A DNA stretch of 64,000 nt from assembly GCA_964016885.1 (NCBI GenBank), contig OZ024740.1, forward strand, positions 325,500,001 to 325,564,000, read 5' to 3'. A model generated the notes under the pieces. That model was given only the letters and a program-made list of their open reading frames with translations. It searched no databases and was not told the origin of the DNA. The position numbers and the translations under genes are program-made. The DNA is from Eledone cirrhosa (Eukaryota). Within the stretch, counting starts at the first letter, position 1; each line of letters starts with the position of its first letter. This document shows positions 56,661 through 64,000 of this stretch, piece by piece.

Positions 56661-56694
56661 ATGATTAATGGTCTCCTCGATCTCAGCACGCTAA
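56661..56694 (-). pseudogene. Short exon encoding the first half of an S4-like segment of channel relic A
   Basis: ag|TT AGC GTG CTG AGA TCG AGG AGA CCA TTA ATC AT|gtgagt translates as SVLRSRRPLI(M); strong donor. Confidence 0.5.
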
Positions 56695-56777
56695 CTATAC
56701 ACACACACACACATACACACACATACACACACATACACACACACACACACATACACACACACACTCACACTCGCACT

Positions 56778-56870
<93 letters not shown>

Positions 56871-56958
56871 ATAATAATAAATTTGAAGACTAAAATCGAA
56901 AGAGGGTTCGATAAGGATAAATATATATCAAATATATAAGAACCGTAGAGCAAATATT

Positions 56959-57117
56959 TATTAAAATAACAGATTAAAATTTAAGCAAAGAATCGCTGCT
57001 TTCACTCTTAACGGGATCTTCTGAAACTAACAAAGTCAATCAGATTGACTTTGTTAGTTTCAGAAGATCCCATTAAGAGTGAAAGCAGCGATTCTCTGCT
57101 TAAACTTTAATCTGTTA

Positions 57118-57125
<8 letters not shown>
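56959..57125. mobile_element. Palindromic repeat, probably PLE-derived
   Basis: About 83-bp perfectly abutting arms; the same family recurs at about 4452-4517 and 14335-14374; degenerate CAGAAGA..GAAA motif. Confidence 0.65.
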
Positions 57126-57164
<39 letters not shown>

Positions 57165-57531
57165 CAAAGGAATTGTGGTAAGGAACCAGATGGACCATAA
57201 CGCAGCAGAGTACTCAATACTTAGGGTAGTAGAGTGGGAAATAGGAAAAAGTATGACGGTTATTTCTGGACTGAGTCCAGAAATAGCCATCGAAACGGCT
57301 TCAGCTCTGCCGTCGAGGTCATACTTTTTCCTATATATATATCCGGGAGCCTCCAACCGACATGGTCGCATTCTTTAAGGGTATGTCAATATTTGTTTAT
57401 AAAACTGATCTATATTATATTTTATTTGATGAAAGCGCACCATAATTTGCTTTGGTGTCCTTGAAATATGTATAATGAAATAAATATGGTTTTATAAATA
57501 TAGTTTCCATTTGTTAATATATTATATATAA

Positions 57532-57659
<128 letters not shown>

Positions 57660-57694
57660 TATATATATATATATACAGTATATATATATATATG

Positions 57695-58018
57695 CAAACA
57701 AGCAAGTCAAATCCGAACGCAGGCACACCCAGAACGCAAAGCAACCATTGAATGCTCTTTACATAAATAATACACTCAGAAAACAAAGCCAACAGTAAAC
57801 AAGACATCTAGTGGATAAGGCCATAGAATTCCAAACTCGAAAAAATACATTCGTAAAAACAAAGCCAATTATGAACAAAATATATATACTAGAACTAATA
57901 CATCCCACATAATCCCTACTTCAGACATCATCCATATTTCTCAACCCCTAGCCTGCTCTAAATATGAGTATGGGGGAGACGGACCTTTTCAAGCTGCAGC
58001 CGTCAAATTACGCAGTTT
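57695..58018 (-). pseudogene. III-IV linker and DIV S1-S3 exon remnant of channel relic A
   Basis: Acceptor ttttcatacag, then one frame with stops: [45 protein letters not shown], then frameshifted ECIIYV (cf. FDISIMILICLNMVTMM..INLVFIVLFTGECVLK). Confidence 0.55.
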
Positions 58019-58065
58019 CTGTATGAAAATAGACATTAAACAATATCTATTATTACCATGTGACT

Positions 58066-59160
<1,095 letters not shown>

Positions 59161-59691
59161 CATATATATATATATTATATACGTATATATAACATACATG
59201 TATGTGCGCGTGTGTGTGTGTGTGTGTGCAATGTTAACGTTGCAAATGTATATATATATATATATGATTAGTTACAACAGTGAAATGTCATATACAGGTA
59301 CTTAAGTTTCATTCAGCCTTTTATATGTGCTCTTACTCTCGGATATTTCTAGCAAACGTGTCCACGCATCGCCTGGTAACTTAGCTGAGAACAGACTTCC
59401 TGATGACGAAACGGCTTCTCCATGCTTTCCATTTGGAAACCATGTTTATTCCCTTTCAGAAACTAATTAGTTGGAGTGAAATTTTAGTAAGTAAGTTAAT
59501 TTTTATAATTTTCTTATTTTACGTATTTCATATATATATATATATGTTTTTTCAATTTTTTACACATTCATTTGCATATTCATGCATAACTTTGAATATT
59601 CCCTAACATGTTTTCCACTATCCAGTGAATTTTCGACCGATAAGGTTGAATCTTCATGGTTTATGTCTTTATTTATAAAACAAATTTTGTA

Positions 59692-59752
59692 TTTTATCTG
59701 ATGAAAGTGCACCAAGGTTTGCTTGGTTGCCCTTGAAATATATATAATAAAA
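59692..59752 (+). ncRNA. Type I HHR in a PLE remnant (family of 51590, 52053, 57385, 61692)
   Basis: TTTTAT-CTGATGA-AAGTGCACCAAG-gtttg-CTTGGTTGCCCTT-GAAA-TATATATA-ATAAAA. Confidence 0.8.
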
Positions 59753-59888
59753 TAAATATGGTTTTATAAATATAGTTTCCATTTTTTAATATCATGGAAT
59801 ATTTACTCCAGTAATTTGTTGAGTGTTCTAAATCAGTTATAAACATTTACGTTTGTCGGAATTCCAACAAATTAAATATAACTTCTAC

Positions 59889-60310
<422 letters not shown>

Positions 60311-60674
60311 TATATATATATATAAAATCAAAAATATATGGAGGAGAAAGCGAGACATTTATAAACAAGACTTAATTCTTACAGGGTGTTTTGTCTTCAA
60401 ATACATTTACAATACAGTAGGTAGACATATATGTATGTATATATTCCACAGTAGAGCTGCACTTATACTACTCGGCTAAAGGTATCTAATATATCATATC
60501 ATAGTTCATTCTCCTCTATTCCTATTATATATGTCTCATTGTGAGTTAAAATCCCGCCGAGGTTAACTTTGCCTTTCATCCTTACGGGGTCGATAAAATA
60601 AAGTACCAATAATGTACTGGGATAATTGCTGGCCTTGTGCTAAAAGTAAAAACAATTATATGTCTCTTACTTTG

Positions 60675-60707
<33 letters not shown>

Positions 60708-60723
60708 AGAGTATATATATATA

Positions 60724-61119
60724 GAATAAGGAAAAGCGAAGTAGTTTCAGATGTTCAAGTCCTTTAATAATAATTGTTTCTACTTTAGGCACAAGGCCAG
60801 CAATCACCCAGTGCATTACTGGTACTTTATTTTATCGACCCCGTAAGTCCTTTAATAATAATGCTGTGATATATATTTCAATGACGACACTGGCCACAAG
60901 GGAACGGATGAAAAACCCAAAAGCACGAACTTAATCCGTTCCCATGTCGATCCAATTTGGATTGCCTCGGAAACATAACCTTATTATGTAACAAGCTGTC
61001 TGACGATGACACGACACTCGCACACAGAACAGTGTGGCCAGTGTCGTCACTGAAATATATATCACAGCATTATTATTAAAGGACTTGAACATCTGAAACT
61101 ACTTCGCTTTTCCTTATTC
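60724..61119. mobile_element. Palindromic PLE remnant with HHR; left arm interrupted by a truncated SINE
   Basis: HHR 60995-61068: GCTGT-CTGACGA-..ACGACACT..AGTGTCGT..-GAAA-TATAT-ATC-ACAGC. SINE 60775-60844(-) with TSD aagtcctttaataataat. Confidence 0.85.
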
Positions 61120-61198
61120 GATATTTACTCCGTCACTCCTATGTGGAAAAAGTACGTTGAGTGCTTGAATTGAATTGCATCAATATTTACCCTAATAA

Positions 61199-61353
<155 letters not shown>

Positions 61354-61354
61354 G

Positions 61355-61450
<96 letters not shown>

Positions 61451-61613
61451 AATGGAATAGAATGAAACGAAATTTCATTTCTCACTCTTAGTACGGCAGT
61501 TACTTAAATGTAAGTATGTATGTATGTAAACGTACATACATATATGTATACAAACGTACAGTAGTATGTATATATATACATACATGCACACATATATATA
61601 TGCACGTATCGGT

Positions 61614-61691
<78 letters not shown>

Positions 61692-61694
<3 letters not shown>

Positions 61695-61932
61695 GATATT
61701 AAACAAATGGAAACTACATTTATAAAACCATATTTATTTCATTATATATATTTCAGGGATATCATATTAAAAATATGGTATCCCTGAAATATATATAATG
61801 AAATAAATATGGTTTTATAAATATAGTTTCCATTTGTTTAATATCGTAAAATACTCCAAAATCTGTTGAGTGCTTTTATATCAGTTATAAAATATTTACT
61901 CGTTGTAACCCAACAATTTTAAATAAAACTTT

Positions 61933-61937
<5 letters not shown>
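61692..61937. mobile_element. Palindromic PLE remnant centred on HHR stem II
   Basis: Arms 61692-61848 meet inside cagggatatcatatt-aaa-aatatggtatccctg; tail runs to 61937. Confidence 0.8.
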
Positions 61938-61971
<34 letters not shown>

Positions 61972-62145
61972 CGAAGGAAATGTGGTAAGGAACCAGATGG
62001 ACCAAAACGCACCAAAGTACTCAATACTTAGGGTAGTAGAGGGGGTAATAGGAACGAGTAGGACCCCGGCTAATTCTGGACTATTTTAGTCCAGAATTAG
62101 CCGTCGAAACGGCTTGAGCTCAGCCGTCGGGGTCCTACTCGTTCC

Positions 62146-62176
<31 letters not shown>

Positions 62177-62583
62177 TTGGTTAGTAAACTCAATTTGTTA
62201 TATATTTACAACGTTAGCATTATATATATAAACTGTTGGTTAATAAACTAAACGTGTGTCAGTAATTTACAACGTTTGTTATTATTATAAGTATATGTGA
62301 ATTAGTATTTCTGAAACACCTAGAGACCAGAAACAGGAAATCTCCACCTTGGTGTATATTTAGTTGCAGTAATGAATATTTAATGACTGTTTTCACTAAT
62401 ACTTTCTTTAATTTCAATGGTTTTCATTAATGATTCATCAAAATATGGTCTTAATTGGTTTCATCCGGTAAAAGTTCTAAACAATCAAATCATTATTTTA
62501 ATTGAAATTGCTTATGTTTCATTGCTTATGTTTATCTGAAATTAAAGTTATCATTAGTGGAAGAGAATATTTTGATGTCTTAC

Positions 62584-62845
62584 TTCTCTGTTTCATCAAA
62601 TAGAGTTTTGTTTTTTTTCTTCTCAAGAAACGTTAGGCAGATTACACACATACATGCACCCACGCACACGCACACACACATGTATATATATATGTATATA
62701 TATATATATATATATAATAAAGTATGAATTCCTACGTGTAAAAAATACATATAAGGAAACAAGTATTATCCAACCGTATGCCAATGTGGTTCTATGGCGG
62801 GTTAATAAATTAACAAGCCAGAAGATATTTGCTAGACCTCGATTT
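62584..62845 (-). pseudogene. Domain III pore, S6 and linker-start remnant of channel relic A
   Basis: TTLAYGWIILVSLYVFFTRRNSYFII, a microsatellite, then VICLTFLEKKKNK..|gtaaga (cf. [38 protein letters not shown]). Confidence 0.5.
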
Positions 62846-62857
62846 TATATATATATT

Positions 62858-62966
<109 letters not shown>

Positions 62967-63055
62967 ATATGTATATATATATATATATAAATAGAAAGAG
63001 AGAGAGAGAGAAAGAGAGAGACGCACATATGTGTGTATGTATGTATATATATACA

Positions 63056-63109
<54 letters not shown>

Positions 63110-63112
<3 letters not shown>

Positions 63113-63238
63113 AAGCAAACAGGACTGCCAAATGCTTAAATCTGAACGCAAAGTAATTATTGGGTGTCGCTATACGTAGATATTACACTCCACTCCGAGA
63201 ACAAAACCAACAATAAACAAAACATCTAGTGGTTAATA

Positions 63239-63240
<2 letters not shown>
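63110..63240 (-). pseudogene. S2-S3-like remnant, paralogous to 57700-57815
   Basis: PLDVLFIVGFVLGVECNIYV*RH; nucleotide similarity ccactagatgtYttgttta(t/c)tgttggYtttgtt. Confidence 0.4.
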
Positions 63241-63304
<64 letters not shown>

Positions 63305-63758
63305 ATGTGTGCAAAAAGTAAACAGAGATAACAAAGCAAACGACATAGTACAATGAAGAATTATATTAGTTTAACACTTGAAATGTGAAAAGTATCTTAA
63401 CGTTTCAGACACTAGTCCTTCATTCATATATATATAGAGAGAGGGGGGTGGGGGGAAGAGGGAGATAAAGAGAGAGAGGGGCGAGGGAGAGAGAGATAGA
63501 GGGAGATAAAGGGAGAGAGAGAGAGAGAGAGAGATTATGTTATATTAGGTATACATCGAAGTTGAAGCTGCAATAGGCTAGATACCAATCAAATCATTTG
63601 AGACAGTCACAAAGCACTCAATGCGAAAAGTTAATATATTTCTCGACGAGAATTATCAAAGTTAATATTCGATCGATAAATCCGCCATCTATTCCGTCAC
63701 GAAGAAACAGGTTACTGATATACTGTAGTAGTAATCGTTACTGCTGTGTCACGTGATA

Positions 63759-63834
<76 letters not shown>

Positions 63835-63838
<4 letters not shown>

Positions 63839-63965
63839 CAAAAAGTAAACGGATAAACATCACAGGAAAGCAGAACAGAACAATGAAGATATATATTAGT
63901 TTAACGATTGATATAGAAGGAAAAGTGTTTTAACTCTTCGGGTGTTAGCCCTTCATCAGAAGATA
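63835..63965 (-). mobile_element. PLE 3' remnant with degenerate HHR (relative at about 63312-63426)
   Basis: CTGATGA-a-GGG-ctaaca-CCC-GAAG..TTA; the relative reads ATGAA-GGAC-tagt-GTCT-GAAACGTTA. Confidence 0.6.
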
Positions 63966-64000
63966 GAATGGGAGCCAAAATAATAAATAGAAAGTTATAG

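Noticed and set aside
57695-58018. Channel relic rescued by A-to-I editing or stop readthrough
   Set aside because: Frameshifts, microsatellite and SINE insertions in coding segments and a donor/acceptor phase mismatch (62584 versus 58018) cannot be fixed by editing.

Overview
Eukaryotic, AT-rich, microsatellite-saturated DNA with one 200-N assembly gap (32677-32876). The SINE families and (TA/CA/TACA)n density suggest an octopus or other coleoid cephalopod (inference). I found no intact host gene; most ORF-track entries are translated microsatellites. Main content: (1) At least 15 Penelope-like element (PLE) insertions, mostly in (TA)n. Most are tail-to-tail palindromes carrying type I hammerhead ribozyme (HHR) motifs, several with a non-canonical CCGANGA or UUGAGAA core. 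They include a near-full-length Naiad-type PLE (44336-48319) and a 5'-truncated one (9618-11259). (2) Fragments of RTE, Rex3/Expander-like and R4/Dong LINEs, two tRNA-SINE families, a hAT MITE, a Helitron and a mariner relic. (3) In the short unique islands between repeats, collinear minus-strand remnants of what look like two tandem, strongly diverged and disabled four-domain voltage-gated (Nav-like) channel genes. All alignments and RNA folds were done by eye against remembered consensus sequences; coordinates of degenerate repeats are approximate.
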